From Octopus vulgaris (taxonomy: Eukaryota), in NCBI GenBank assembly GCA_951406725.2, contig OX597821.1:3224001-3288000 (forward strand): DNA of 64,000 bases, read 5' to 3'. Of the stretch, positions 29,948 to 45,583 are shown one piece after another. The notes beneath the pieces were generated by a model, which was given only the letters and a program-made list of their open reading frames with translations, did not search any database and was not told the DNA's origin. Both the position numbers and the translations under genes were made by a program. Within the stretch, counting starts at the first letter, position 1. Each line of letters opens with the position of its first letter.

Positions 29948-30703
29948 CAAAGGCAAAGTTTGAAGGAAATATTAGCCGTATTTCATAACTTTGGATGGTA
30001 CGCAAATCGGAAATAATACTTCCGAAGAATGAAATTCTTGTTAGAGTTATAGACGCTTACTCATTTAGTCATCTAGCGAATTCAGTTTACAGAATAGGTA
30101 GAAAAAATGAATATAAGCAACATTACTTCCTTACTCGAAGCAAATGATGCTATAAGTATTGATTTCTAATTTTTGCACAACGCCAGCAATTCCGGAGCAA
30201 AGTGTAATGAATTACAGCAACCCCAGTCTTCAAACGGTAATTATTTTATCGACCCTGGGAAGATGAAAGGCAAATCGGCTTCGGTGGAATTCGAACTCGG
30301 AACATAGACAGAGATTAAATACCGCTAAGAATTTTATCTGGCTTACTAACGATTCTGCTGAATCACCGCCTTAGATGAAACCATACACGTTTACCTGGGC
30401 GAGAATCGTTAAGATGGAAATAGTCTTGAACGCCAGTGCACCGCTGAGCCACGTGATCTATAAACGCACTTCATATTCTACCATTGGATTCAGACACCAA
30501 TTCGAATTTACTTATCCATTTCAGGAAATTCATTCTTACCATCCAGAATTGTATTTTTTGTAACCATAAAAATTTCGGAACCTTACTGTTCCCCAAAATA
30601 TTTGTTTCAAGTTCTCGTGAAGTTTCTAAGTTCTTATGCTGTCTGCAACGCATGTGCATGAATATATATATATATATTTATGTGTGTGTGTATGTATATA
30701 TAC

Positions 30704-30792
<89 letters not shown>

Positions 30793-31132
30793 AATATTAT
30801 AGAAAATAATATAATATTATATAAAAGTATAATAATCTATTAAATTATATAATATTGTATAAAATTAAATAATAAGAGTAGAAATTGATACTAATCAATT
30901 AAAACTAGTGGCTTAGCATATTTTAAAATCGGAAGATTAAAAATTGTGTTAGACAATTCGTCTTTCATTTGTCTTGCTCAGTTTTACATTTTGGCGTTTT
31001 CCTGAGATTTTACTTGAGAACACATTCTTCGTGGTAATGGTGATTGACGTCTATATTTAGTATATTAGGTGTACAATTTAGTGGTCATTCCTCTTAATTT
31101 TGTATATTATCTATATATATTTATCTCTTTAC

Positions 31133-31191
<59 letters not shown>

Positions 31192-31371
31192 AACTTTTTA
31201 TGGAGGTTAAGGCTAACATTGGTTTCTTGTTCAAGAATCCCTCAACAGGTATAGAGCCTATCGTTGTGATGAGCACGCATTCTTAGTAATCGACATTCCT
31301 GTACACTCATTCACACACACATACATTATACATACATACACACACACATGCACACACATGCACACACATGC

Positions 31372-31410
<39 letters not shown>

Positions 31411-32231
31411 CACCAGCAGATGTATGCTTTCGTTTTTCTTGTAAGATGCCATAGAAACATATACTATTAGATACTTGTTTTTAGTGTAGCTGAACGGTCC
31501 GTCTTTTCTGTTGTTTTTAAGAACGGTCAGTTCTACGAAATTTAAACTGATGCTTCCTAAAATCTATGTCATGAATATTGATGTAATACTTTCTGAATTA
31601 TTACAATGTTTTTTTTTTCTGAAAACACCAGCAAACGTTAAGGAGTGATTGCATTAAATATAAGCATGGTATTGTTACTATGCAAGATTTCAAATATTAT
31701 TGTGTCCAAAAAGAAAATATTATGATGCAATTCGAAGATATTACAATTCAATACTAAACCCAGCGAGAATTGAAAAGTTAGAAATAATAAGATGAACACT
31801 AGTGTTATATTTTTTCAGAAAGTAATATGTATTTTTGAAGATGTCAAAAGTTTTTCTTTTCTAATAAAATCTGACATTTGATAACGTAAGAAAACATATA
31901 TATTGCATCATTAAAAAAATGGATTTCTACTAGACACAAAATTTATTAAAATTTTCTTAACTTTTTCCCCTATATATCATCGAAATTCTCGTCGTGTGGA
32001 TGCAGACATTGAGTAGACGATCATAGTTTCTTATCAGTGAACTATAACAGATTATGACAACGAGATATACGCTTCATATAAAATCAAATATTCATGAAAA
32101 TTTACGAATGGAAATAAATCATTTCTTGTCGGTGGGAAGAGAGATTTTGTTTCGAGCCTTAACGTTCACACATATATACACACACGATTTCTTCTCCATT
32201 CATGAATACATACACATACACACGCATATAA

Positions 32232-32314
<83 letters not shown>

Positions 32315-32318
32315 CATA

Positions 32319-32358
<40 letters not shown>

Positions 32359-33767
32359 CATACATGTTTGTATGTATATATATATATATATATACATACA
32401 TACTTACATACGTATATATATTCAATATCTTTTTGGGTGGGATGGCAATAGGAAGAAATAATATAAAGTTGAAGATCGTGTGTAGGTAAGGGAAATATGC
32501 CACACTCATGTATATTAAATGTTTATTAACATATAAATGTACGCTGTTTCATTTGCTAGCCATATTTCATTGTATTTGCAAATTAGACACAAATCCAAGA
32601 CAGCATATTATTCATCACAGAATATCAAATGACCAGAAAAATATCTTTAGACTCTTGATACAGTGTGTCATTTCATAGATAATGGGTTTTTTGTTTTCAA
32701 TTGCATGAACTAAAAATTGGTGGGATGCGGGATAAACTACCTGCATCAACTTGCTGTAAAAGCAGGTAGTCATTGTACTTTGTCCTTATTCTTAGTGCAA
32801 CTTTGAAGAGTGCGGTTCGATTTTAATAGTTATTTTTTGAAAGCTTTAATGGAAGTGACAAAAGTGTATATTCGGCATATTTTCATTCATGAGTTCAATA
32901 AAGGCAATAACCCAATGGAAATTGCGAGGAATTAATGCAGTATATGCATTAATTAATGCAGCCTGGCTGTGTTTGTAGACAGTTGAAAATAAATAAATAA
33001 ATAAATAAACAATAGCATTGTAGTTGCGGGCGGGCTCCCTTCGTCCCTTGGCAACCAATACTTTTAGACCCAGTCCACCACTGATAATAGCTGTCTGTTG
33101 TGTATATGGAGGCCGTGCTGAACAATTCCTAGCTTGAGTAAAAGAAAAGGCAGGGAAATCAGGTATGATTTTATTCAATACATTCACTCGATATTTCGGA
33201 CAGCCAACCAGTCCTTACACTTAAGACCAGGAACTTTTCAGCACCCCTACTACGTTCTCATATACACACACACATATATACATGCTCACACACGCATGCA
33301 TATATATATATGCACGTTTACGCACATATACTCACAAACACACACACACACACACAATTATACAGACACCCACACGCACATGCGCATATGATACATATCT
33401 ATACGCTCACAAAAACACACATGCACAAACACATACACACGTATATATCGATCAATCTTTCAGCTTCCCTGAAATATAGCAATAATCGTATTACTTATAT
33501 TTCTAAATATTCTCTTTATTTTTTTTCTTTTGCATTCTTTTCTTCATTTTATATTTACTTTGCACCTCCAATGCTATTCAATATTATGCAATCTTATTTC
33601 CTGTCTTGTAATAATGCGCTTTTACCCTAATCATGCACCACAGTTCGCACACAATACATATGCTGATATATACCCACTTTTTACACACGTTAGTATACAA
33701 AAATTTCGGATGTATGTATATGTGTGTGTGTATGTATATCAATGCGTACATATGTTTGTGTGTAAAC

Positions 33768-33838
<71 letters not shown>

Positions 33839-33938
33839 CTTCTACATATATATGTATGTACGCATGTATGTACGTCTGTATATATATATATATATATACG
33901 TCTACATATACATAAATGTATGCATACATGTATGTACG

Positions 33939-33997
<59 letters not shown>

Positions 33998-34483
33998 GTA
34001 TGTATGCATTCATCTGTTAATACTTGTATATGACTTTGTGTTTCTTTATGTGTATACTGAGTGTGAGGGGGTACCTTTGTAGGTGTTTCTCTGTACCGAT
34101 ACGCATTCGAATACTTGGAAATGAATGTTTTTTTTTTTTGTTTTTCTTCAGTGTAAACTTATTCATACTCATATGTGTATAGGTCTGTATATGTTATTTC
34201 GTCAGTCTCGATAAGCTTCGATATTTTCTGTACGTAAATCGCTGCACTCTCTAAGCAAAATTAGGTTGCACTAGATTGCAGTAATTAGCATTTGGCTATG
34301 ATTGAATTAACTTAGATTTATTTCCACGACGGAAATCTAACCGAAAATAAGATGGTGACGTAGGTGGTGATGGTTGTGGTGGTGATGGTGTTTTTGGTGA
34401 TAGAAGAAATACTACGACTACTACTGCTGCACCTCCTCCTCCTCCTCCTCCTCATACTACTACTGCTACTACTACTACTACCA

Positions 34484-34518
<35 letters not shown>

Positions 34519-35319
34519 CATAATAATAATAATGATTTAAAATGTAAAAGGGAAATGGAAGAAAACTAAATTCCTGTGATATATGTATTGGAATGTAATC
34601 AATAAGAAGGAAAATTATTTTCGATTTCTCTCAGGTTTAAATAGTTAATACCAGTTAGATATAATCAATTTATGTACGTCCTTTCCCCCAAACACCTTCC
34701 AAGTACATACAGGCTTTCTTTAACACCCTTATTCTCATACTATATTCCCCATTTAATTCAATTTACAATCTTATCTGATTGACGTCTATGAATATGGCTT
34801 TGAAATTTATTTACATTTTCTTTACAATCAAAAATTTTTTATCGTTTTCTGTCCCTTTTTTTTCAGCAAAAACGTGGCGAATTTCGAAAATAACCAAAGA
34901 AATATATAATTAATATATAATCACTTACTCTATCTCCAGATATTTACACTTAAAGCTCCCTTCCATTTTATCAATACAATATTACGTTACGGTAGTCTTT
35001 CACCTTCCAGATAATATAATTGATTAATCAATGAAAAATATTGAGTGAGGTGTTACACAATATTAACTATAATAGCACATTGCCAGCAAATATTTCAATA
35101 TTAAGTGTTTCAAGGGGTTAATAAGGGATCGAACTAACATGGAGAATAAAATTACCGAAATATATGTAAAAGTATAAATAATAATAATAAACGAGGGAAA
35201 GTAGTAAATATATGTTATAATTAAATGACAATCGAATTAATTATTTACTAATCAATGTAATAAAATTACATTCATACGCAATAGTATATATGTATATAAA
35301 AATAGATGCATATATTTAT

Positions 35320-35392
<73 letters not shown>

Positions 35393-35816
35393 AAACCTGA
35401 TTCCTTCTGCCTTAACAAAGATCTGTATCTATGCTGTAATATATGCACTCAGAGAATATACAGGTTGTCTTTCGCCAATAATCCATGCAACAAATATGCA
35501 ATAGCATGTTTCATATAATATCTTCATGAGCAAATAAAAGGTAATCACATGGAGTTGTTTCAATTTTGTGCTTGGCCATTCATCACTAATTGAGAACTTA
35601 TTTTATCTCTTTAGGGAGATACTGTATGGTAACCGTATCTTTATAAATTCATATATATGATAAGAGAATACAGCTTTGTATCGTAATGCAAAACATGCCT
35701 GCGTGCATTTACCACCATCGTAATAATGTATATAAAGACAGGATACTTTACCTTCCATCACGAAGAGGAATATAGGCTACAATTAATAGATACGTTCTGC
35801 TGTACAATATAGACAA

Positions 35817-36000
35817 GTTTAGGAGTGGCTGTGTGGTACAATGCTTGCTTCTCAAGCACATGGTTCTGGATTCAGGCCCACTATGTGGTAACTTGAGCTG
35901 GTGTGCTCTCCTATAGCTTCGGGCCGAAGAAAAGCCTTGTGAGTGGATTTGGTAGACGGAACGTGAAAGAAGCACGTCGTATATATATATATATATATAT

Positions 36001-36033
<33 letters not shown>

Positions 36034-36286
36034 TATACATATATATATATATATTATATATATATATATGCGTGTGTGCGTGCGTATGCTTGTGTGTCTG
36101 TGTTTGTTTCAACATAACCACTAGACAACCTGTCTTAGTGTGTTTACATCCCCGTAACTTAGCATTTCGCCGAAACTAGCCGATTGAATAACTACCTGGC
36201 TTAAAAAATAAGCACTTGGGTCGATTCATTCGACTAAAAATTCAAGGCGGTGCCCCAGCATGGCCACAGTCTAATGACTGAAACAG
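35817..36286 (+). mobile_element. SINE family B
   Basis: Collinear with 6100-6505. Confidence 0.88.
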
Positions 36287-37084
36287 GTGCGGTCAATATG
36301 CTGAGAACACCTACGTTCACAACAAACGTTGCGTCTCCAACATGGGCAGAAGTAAGCTTATTTTGAAAGCAGTCTCATCGTTATGAAATTTTTAAAATAT
36401 TTTTCCAGACATTTCTGTGCTTGTATGTTTGCGAGTGGACATATGCACATTTGAGCAATTCGTCTCTTTGTACGTATCTAAAGTTAGTCAATAGAATCAA
36501 ACCCATTTCATTTCAAAATACATAGCTTAAGCAATTCGATAAAATATAACTCAAATAAGTTCAGGCGCAAAAATGGTACCACAGCTTGGCCGCAATCCAA
36601 TGACTGAAAACAATACAAGAATAAAAGTATGTCGTTGTATTTAATATCTTCCTCTCTTTTAACATTTTTAAATATCTGACTTAAACATAAAGAGCAATCA
36701 AGCATATACAATAATTGCAGGAGTAATTATGAAAATTAATCTAATTGAAAGCATTTGCTAAATACAAATAGTAATTACAACGCAGCAAAAATAGAAAATA
36801 CCAATAAAAGAAACAAAATATGGCCAAATGCGGCAAACAAATGAGAAATTGCTAAATAATGTTGCGAAATACATTAGTTTTGATACAGACAAGTATTTAT
36901 TTTTCCCGATGTGTTTCATAATTCTGTTGTGGATAATATTAAAATAATATCATTTAGGTTTCTCCTCCTTTCTTTCCTTCCCTCGTTCATTCTTCTTCTT
37001 CTTCTCTCGTTCTTTCTTCTTCTTCTTCTTCTTCTTCTTCTTCTTCTTCTTCTTCTTCTTCTTCTTCTTCTTCTTCTTCTTCTT

Positions 37085-37115
<31 letters not shown>

Positions 37116-37209
37116 TCATTATTATTATTATTATTTTCATTATCGTTATTATTATTTTTGTTTCGCCCATTATTTCATTGTTTTGACACTGCTAGAAACA
37201 CTACTGCTG

Positions 37210-37339
<130 letters not shown>

Positions 37340-37591
37340 TAATAATAATATTGCCGTCATCATCATTATTGTTATTTTTCGAAGCCGGCGAGATGATCGG
37401 CTCATTCGTTAGAAAACCTAACAATAGGCTTAGCGGCATTTCGTCCGTCTTTACGTTCCGTGTTCAAATTACTTCGAGGACAACCTTGCATTTTATCATT
37501 TCAGAATTTGTAAAATAAGTACTAATTGAAATAAACGATTAGCCCTTCCTATTAAATTTTACGGCCTTGTGCTTACAAAAGAAAGGTGTAT

Positions 37592-37635
37592 CAGCGACTT
37601 ACTATACCTACTATAGTAGGTATAGTCAGTCGCTG
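37592..37635. repeat. 44-bp loop-less palindrome with one mismatch
   Basis: cagcgacttactatacctacta|tagtaggtatagtcagtcgctg. Confidence 0.95.
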
Positions 37636-39089
37636 TTAGTTTTAGGGTCTTGGGAATTGTGCAATGTCAGTAGAGTTGTAATTTTTCTATCTTAATTCTA
37701 TAGCTCGACAATTGTTGATTTCTGGAAGAGACACCACCACCACCACCACCACCACCACCACCACCACCACCACCACCACCACCATCACCATCACCATCAG
37801 CACGCTACTGCATGATAATGTACTTTTCAGGTATTTTATCGCGAGGTTTGGAGACGGCATGTGTTCTCAAATATTTAGAATCTTCCTTAAGATTCTTGTA
37901 GTGTATAGGGATGGTACTTTTCTGCAGGTCAACAATGCGAGTTTCAATTCCAGTCATTTTCAGATTTGTAGGTATCATTTCGGGGATTAGCTAGGTACCC
38001 GAATTAAAATGGGTTTGCACTTAGCCAACAATCCTACCCATAAAATACATTCTCATTGAGACAACGAGGACAATTCAAAAGCAACAAAATCTGGAAGAGT
38101 ATAGGTTTTCCCTTAGAGTAACATGGGGTAGAACACTGAATCAGGTATTCGAGTGCAGAGATTCCAGATGTAGAACCAGAGAAAGTGTCGTCGATGATCT
38201 ATACTCAATAGGGAGCAAAGAGTTTATGTATTACCATAATTTACACTATCTTTCTCTCTCAAATTTTCCCCAACTCACTCCCCTAGATTAGTAATATTTT
38301 ATTGAGCCCAAACAGATGAAATAGAAAAACTGATCTCCGTGACCTTTGAACTTTGAATGTATAGCATCGTAATTAATATCGAGACGCATTGTACTCAACG
38401 CTCTGACGATTCTGTTAATGTGCTGGCTTAGATCTTGCACTGATGTTAGAAAATAAATTTTGGAATGAATATGGAGAAAGCAAAACGAACGAAATTCACA
38501 TAGTAGTGTTTGAAATTACCGTAAAATATTTTACACAATTGCTTACTTTAATAACAAATTGTCGTTGAGAAAAAGAAATTAATTACTAAAAACCAATTCG
38601 CATGTTGCATTATAGTTTCTGAAATAAATTTTTAATATTAATTTCTAAAAATAGCTGAGACATGAAAGAAAAGAGCATAAAACAAACAAACATTTATTAT
38701 TGTAAATTATCGGCATTAAGTTTGTGGTTAACAGCAACTCTAATTAATTAACTAAATACCCAAAGCAACTGTGGTAATTTTGCTTTAATATAAAGTTGCG
38801 AAATATTAACACGGCAACTGACTAATTGACACCTAACAGAGTAAATATGGCATGTTTCCAATTAGAGTGCAAAGATGATTCATATGCAACGGAAACTTGG
38901 AAGATGCACTTAATATATCTTGACGGGTAATAATGAAATCATAACTAAAAATTTGATAACAATAACAAATAATAGTTGTGTTAGCATTATTAATATTATT
39001 ATCATTTGCAGAAGTAGTAGTAGTAGTAACAGTGGTGGTGGTGGTGGTGGTGGTGGTGGTGGTAGTATGAGTAGTAACAGTGACTGTGA

Positions 39090-39122
<33 letters not shown>

Positions 39123-39123
39123 A

Positions 39124-39188
<65 letters not shown>

Positions 39189-39416
39189 GCGCGCTGACAG
39201 AATCGTTAGCACGACGGAGAAAAAGCTTTGCGGTATTTGGTTTGTCTTCGTGTTCTGAGTTCAAATTCCACCAAGGTCAACTTTGCCATTCTTCCTTTCC
39301 AATTCGATAGAATAAGTACAACTTGACGACTGGGGTTGATTTAATCGACTACAACACCCCCACCAAATTCCAAGCCTTGTCCTTCTGGTAGAAAGCATTA
39401 TTGTTATCATAATTGA

Positions 39417-39945
39417 ATGAGAGACCAGTGCATGCCATCAAAATGACACGGGGTACAAATATCCGGAACCCAATATACCCACCATGACTAACCGTCTTAT
39501 AAGGGTACACCAGGGACATGTATCACAAACATAAGAGCACGTCATATCAAAATAAACAGTGGATGACCTTGCAGGTGAGAACCAGTTAGAATTACGTTCA
39601 GATCGAGTTGCCTATCTCGCTAAAAATGTCCCTGAATAATGGTTATTTAAAAATCTTGAACGAAACAGCCATGCTTGCAAAAGTGAATTATTCAAATCCC
39701 AAATAATTCCTCTCAAGATATGGATATGATGCTCCCCCACTACTTCTGTTCGTGATCAAAGATGCCCACATCGTCAGACCCTTAGGACCATAGTTAACTG
39801 ATTTAAGATTAAACAGCTTAACAAGCTAATCTTTCGTATTGAACAGAATATTTGCAGTAGCTCTTCTTTTATACCATAACAAAACATGTACTTTATAACA
39901 CTTCCATTCGCTTAAGATCAGAAGCAATGAGAGCCACTGCTTGGT
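39417..39945 (+). mobile_element. Interspersed repeat family C, longest copy
   Basis: Similar to 8519-8775 and to the reverse complement of 12955-13295. Confidence 0.7.
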
Positions 39946-39956
39946 TGTTGTTGTTG

Positions 39957-39959
<3 letters not shown>

Positions 39960-40026
<67 letters not shown>

Positions 40027-40850
40027 GGTTATTATTATGATTTTATTGTCTTTCTACAGCTTCTAACGCTGGCGGTGTACTATGGAGACAGCTGTTCACT
40101 ATCATTGAACAAAGGTAACATCCCTTGTTTTTTAGCACCATCCAGAATATTCAGCGGTTCCAAGCAGCGATATTTTCTGCAAGTGCTCACCCATATTGCA
40201 GCCCATATTTGTTCCATGCACTTCTCAATATTTTTACTCACTGTTCCGACAATTATTGGTACGACTACCACCTTTTCATTGACCACAACTCCTTCACCTT
40301 CCAAGCTAACCTGTTATATCAGTCGATTTTTCTTTCTTCCTTATCGCATACCCTGTTGTCGGCTGGACATGATGCATCTATGATCCAGATTAGTTTGCTT
40401 TCTTTCTCAATGAACACTATGCCTGGTTTCCTATTCTCTATCTCATGTTCGCACTGAATCATAAGATCCCATAGGATCTTTGCATTATCATTTTCGAGGA
40501 TGCCTTCGGGTTTATGTTCGTACCAAGTTTTCTCGCTCTGTCAAGTCCATACTTGTTGCAAAGTGTCCAATGGACAAATCTTGCTATGTTGTCATGACGT
40601 CTCTTATATTCTTTTTCGGCTAGTGGTGTACATTGACTAGTAATATGCCATAAGATTTCATCATTTTGTTCCGTACCATTAAACCAAAAAAGTACTTTGA
40701 ATATGTACGATGATTTATCAAGTCTCCGACTCCACCACTATGTGCAGTTTGTACTCATACGACGTCTTGCCTCTCAATAGCTCCCATTTTTCGCACAGTT
40801 TCCAATGTAGCACTGTCGCTATCTGGCCGTATCGCCACACCTTGTTATAG
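39960..40850 (-). mobile_element. Fragments of R4/Dong-like non-LTR retrotransposons (zinc knuckle plus restriction-like endonuclease domain), pseudogenised
   Basis: Minus-strand translation with frameshifts: ..HITSQCTPLAEKEYKRRHDNIARFVHWTL..WYEHKPEGILENDNAKILWD..RKP....VVVVPIIVG; ends in a (TAA)n tail; a second related piece at 40680-40850 reads LHWKLCEKW. Confidence 0.85.
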
Positions 40851-42063
40851 AGTATCTAGTTCATTTAACGTATGGTACGGCAAATTATAACTATATAAAT
40901 TACTAGTGTTATAGTTAGACTGCTTTATTCATTTCAATTTATGTTAGTGTTGCGAGTTTCTTTTACTTGCTTCCAAATCTACTTCATATGCTTTTCTTCT
41001 CTCATCAATATTTAAATAAGTCTGTGTATTTTCTCTTGTAGTGTATCATGAGCGGTGGTGAACTGTATGCAATCTATACTCAACTTATCGTTGTCATCTC
41101 ATAAATTTTGAATCCCAGACCACTGTGATACATTACTATAGCAGCCTTTTTCTCTCAGTTTACACAACTGTTTTCAAGTTATTAATGGTATACTTTGTAC
41201 ATCTGCTTCGCTTCTCATTTGTGCAACCCAAATTGTTTTTAGAAGTTACAAATTGCACACAACTTTCTCTGACGCTTCTTTCTCATAACTCAATTGTCAA
41301 TTACATCTTTATCTGTAATGAATCTTTACCTTATTACGAATAACTTTTGATGGAAAATTCCTATTTTATAACAATTATGCTTGTAAGGCACCATTTCCAA
41401 TTTTCGAAGACAATACACAAAAGTTTGTTCAGGAAGTTGAAATATTTCTCCGAAAATAGGGGAAAAACAGTGAACAAATGTCTATCCTTTCTAAACACAA
41501 TTGGATGTAAAGTCCATCCTGGTCGATGAAAACTTATCTACTTAAATAACCAAGAACGGGCTATTAAACAGACAACAGCAAAATATTTTTGTGGGGGTGC
41601 TCAAGATAATAATATTGGATTTACATTTTGGCACATGGCCAGCAAGTTCAGGAGAGTGGATTAGTCGAATACATTGACCTGAGAATTCAACTGGTACTTA
41701 ATTTATTGACGGCGAAAGGATGAAAGGCAAGGTCAACTTCGGCGGAATTTGAAATCGGAACGTGAAGACAGAGAAGCGCTGCTTAGCATTTTGTTTGGAG
41801 TGCTAACGATTCAGCCAGCTCACCTTCTTCATGATGATAAAGGTACTACTCTCTTATTTATTTACTTGTTCCAGTCAATGGACTGCGGCCATGCTGGAGC
41901 ACCGCCATTAGTCGAGCAAATTGACCCCAGAACTTATTCCTTGTGTGCCTAGTACTTATCCTATTGGCCTGTTAACTCGAACCGCTAAGATGCGGGGACA
42001 TAAACACACCAGCATCGGTTGTCAAGCGATGTTGAGGGGCCAGACACAGATACATAAACATAT

Positions 42064-42120
<57 letters not shown>

Positions 42121-42126
42121 TATATA

Positions 42127-42449
42127 CTAGCAGTATCAGCCGGTGTTGCTTGGGTTTGTTTCGACCCTTTAGAATTGGAATTTTTGAAAAGTAAAAATAT
42201 TACATGATGCAGTCAAAATCGTAAATAATAGGGATTTTCATACAAAAAAAGCACCTTTCTGGTGTAAATAAATTTTAGTGTTAACATGGTCTGATTAGAA
42301 TTTTATCTTCTACAGAATGAAGAGCGAGCATTCGTCTATCATACTCTCAAATTTGGTCAACTTGCGCTGCAGGGTCTCGAAGGAGATAGTGTTAGTTGAA
42401 GGCTACCAAACCTGCCACACACAAACAACTTCAGCTTTATATATATAGA
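42127..42449 (-). mobile_element. Non-autonomous Helitron-like element
   Basis: Minus strand begins TCTATATATATAAAG and ends with a degenerate GC-rich hairpin then CTAG; A|T insertion site. Confidence 0.75.
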
Positions 42450-43154
42450 TTTGGTACACACTACTTTCCATCCTTAATAATGAAACTTGGTAGATCCGAA
42501 AGTTAAACACACAGACACAAATACATATACACAAGTTGAGTTTTATATATATAGATTTCTCAACTAGGATATCAGGGGAGTGTTTCAGGGAGTCGCTGGC
42601 CATGTATCGTGATGATCAAAAATCCGGCCTGCTAAAATTTCGTAAAAGTGATTCACACTGCAGACTCAACGCGAAATGGTCACATTTAATTCAAAGCGTT
42701 AAAAATGTTATGAAAATAATTGTTATGTTTGCACAAAGTCCAAACGATTAATACGAAAAAACCCTCCAGGCTATATCCCGAAAATCATTTCTTTGCCGAA
42801 TTTCTACAATGTTTACGGCGATTCGTTTATATATCTTGATTTCTTATTTGTCATGCAATTTACGCATGCTTGCACGCGTGGTGAACACAGTTCACGTCAA
42901 ACAGCTGACTGAGTAAAGTTCGCTATTCAATACATGGGATAAGGCCTAAACAAACACATTATCGATTTTTGCCTTGCGAGATGAATTTCGTAACAGAAAT
43001 AGCGCAGTTCAATTTTCATTTGCCTAAACTTTAAGTGACCCATTTTAGGTGGTACTACGATTTGTTGGCTAGGAGGAGATGTGCCGGGAAATTAAACACA
43101 CAGACACACACACAGATACACACACAGATACACACACACAGACACACAAGTTGA

Positions 43155-43175
<21 letters not shown>
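42450..43175 (-). mobile_element. Two further stacked Helitron-like segments
   Basis: Repeated 5'-end motif (+ strand 'acacaagttga.ttttatatatata') at about 42530-42555 and 43143-43170; CTAG at about 42564. Confidence 0.5.
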
Positions 43176-43194
<19 letters not shown>

Positions 43195-44823
43195 TACGAC
43201 GGGCTTCTTTCAGTTTCCGCCTACCAAATCTACTCACAAGGCGTTGGTCGGCCCGAGGCTATAGTAGAATACACTTGCCCTAGGTGCCACGTACTGGGAC
43301 TGAACCCAGGAACCATGTGGTTGGTAAGCAAGCTACTTACCACACAGCCACTCCTAATAATATAATATTTTTTTTTTGTATTTTCGTTAGCATTGATACT
43401 TTTTGCTAACTTTTCATTTGTTTCAGTATTTCTTGTTAGTGGTTATGTCACTATTAGATTTCTGGTGAAACAGATGTAGAGAAAGTATATTCAAATATTC
43501 GTGTATTACAATGTTTATTTCCTGCTATACTTTCCGATCAAATTCTAACTATATTGAGTTCTAGTTTCCTCTAACGGAGGCCTAGAGAATATGTGACATG
43601 GTATTTGCGAGTCATTAATATCGACAATCTTTCTGTTTCAGGAACTTTGTTGCATCATGGACATATGTGAAATAGTAATTATTGTGTTGCATTTACTTTC
43701 CATTTGTTGTTTTCATCGTATAATCTTTCATGTTGAAACTCTTGTTTATAACAAGACGATAAAAATGCTTCAATTAAAACACTGAACGATAAAAACAAAA
43801 GATAGAGCATTATTGGATTGAATCTCGAAAGTATGAATATTTTCTCTCTTATTTTCGTTATATGAGCCTTGAAATATGCTGCATTGCATATGTTTTCTTT
43901 TTGTCGCTAAGAAATGTAGAATCAATACTTTACAGAATTCAAATTGGAAAACGAAAACAATTACGAAAAGAAAACAAGAAAGCTCTTAAAAAATAAACAC
44001 ATCTTCACCATCTTCTATTTTTAAATCCAATGTCTTTATTCGTTTTCCTTTGAATTGCCAATATATTCTAAACCCTTACATTTATGCTTTATATTTTTTA
44101 ACGGTTATATAAGAGCACGTGGCTATTAAGAAACAATATTAGATGGCATGCGAAACATTATTAGTATGAAAATTGAAAGTAAACACGAGACATAAAGACA
44201 CATATAAAGAAAGAGATGCAATCATACATTCCTGGTTATCGCTACCCACTGCGCTGCGTAACTGCTACAACTTTAAGGGTTTTTTCCTTCTCTTACCGAT
44301 TCTCCACTACAACATCCTCCACAAACTTTCACTTGCACAAATAAAGAAATTTGAGATCCACTAAATCGTAAAATAATAATGTGAAAAAGAAAAAAAAATT
44401 ACTATAGAATCTTACTAAACGTAATTGAAATGCGTAGAAGAGGTTGTAAGAAACAAACAATAGATTTATTGGTGAAAACCATGGAATGTAAAATTGCCAT
44501 TTTCCTTTTTCTTGTTTCCTTTTTCTTGTTTCCCTTTCCTTGTTGTTTATGACTGTCGTTTGATTTTCGTTCGTGAAAGTGTTTTCCATATTAGAAAAAA
44601 TACAATACAAATGCCACCACCTCCACCACCACCGCCGCCGCCGCCGCCAAAGCCACCAACATCAACAGCACCACCTTTGCTACTATAGCAACAGCAACAA
44701 AGACTACTTCTACTGCTGCTGCTACTATAACTATCACTACTACTATAGGAACAAGTAATGATAATGATAATAATATTCTGCATACTATTTAGGATGATGA
44801 TGAACATAATGATGATGATGATA

Positions 44824-44896
<73 letters not shown>

Positions 44897-45400
44897 TAGG
44901 CATTTAGGCAGTGCAAGTATTTTCCTGGGGAATTGAAATGAGATTTGGATTAGAAAAGTACGGCAAGTTAACGTTGAAAATAAGAAAATTAATTAAGAAA
45001 ACTAATATTATGATAGATAAAGAAACCAAGATAAGAGGTTTAGACGAAAGACGAAATTACAAATAATCAGGAATCAATGAACTAGACTGTTCAACGTTTA
45101 CAAATAAAAGAAAAGATTAAGAAGGACAATTATGTATGTATTAGATTAATACTTTAAACAGAACAAAATGCATAATATAAGGTAGTACCCATCAGTAGTT
45201 TACATATAGCTAACCTGTTATAGCTATAATACTGTTAACTGGACGCGTTAAGTACAATAAGAAATTTATAGAGAAAAATAAAGGAAATTGTTGCCTGACG
45301 AACCTCAATCGGAAATAGAATCATTATATTTACAGAATAAGATAAATAAAGCCACAAGGTAGCTATTGTTAAGTATGAAGTACAACGCTACAAGTTATCT
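44897..45400 (+). pseudogene. Decayed reverse transcriptase fragment of an R4/Dong-like LINE
   Basis: VQVFSWGIEMRFGLEKYGKLTLK..KL...YK*SGINE...IKEKIKK..IRLIL*TE.NA resembles RT domains 6-7 and the thumb; begins directly after (TAA)n. Confidence 0.7.
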
Positions 45401-45537
45401 ATTTAACAAGAATGACATTCCAAAATCAAAAACTCGATGCAATAAACAAAATCAAAACGCCTTTTGTTTCTTTTTTTATTTGCATTATTTACATTATTTA
45501 CATTCGACGGATATTTGTCCTCATTTTGTTTCTTGTT

Positions 45538-45583
45538 AACACAACGTTTCGGCTGATATTCCCTCCTGCCTTCTTCAGGTGTC
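45538..45583 (-). ncRNA. Minimal type I hammerhead ribozyme motif
   Basis: gacac CTGAAGA A GGCAG-N10-CAGCC GAAA CG TT gtgtt; helix I 5 bp; palindromic ACGU helix III. Confidence 0.8.

Larger units (their letters stand above)
41855..43355 (-). mobile_element. SINE family B copy split by Helitron-like insertions (3' part 41855-42126, 5' part about 43175-43355)
   Basis: Both halves match the reverse complement of 6100-6505; the break lies in the internal (TA)n. Confidence 0.85.
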
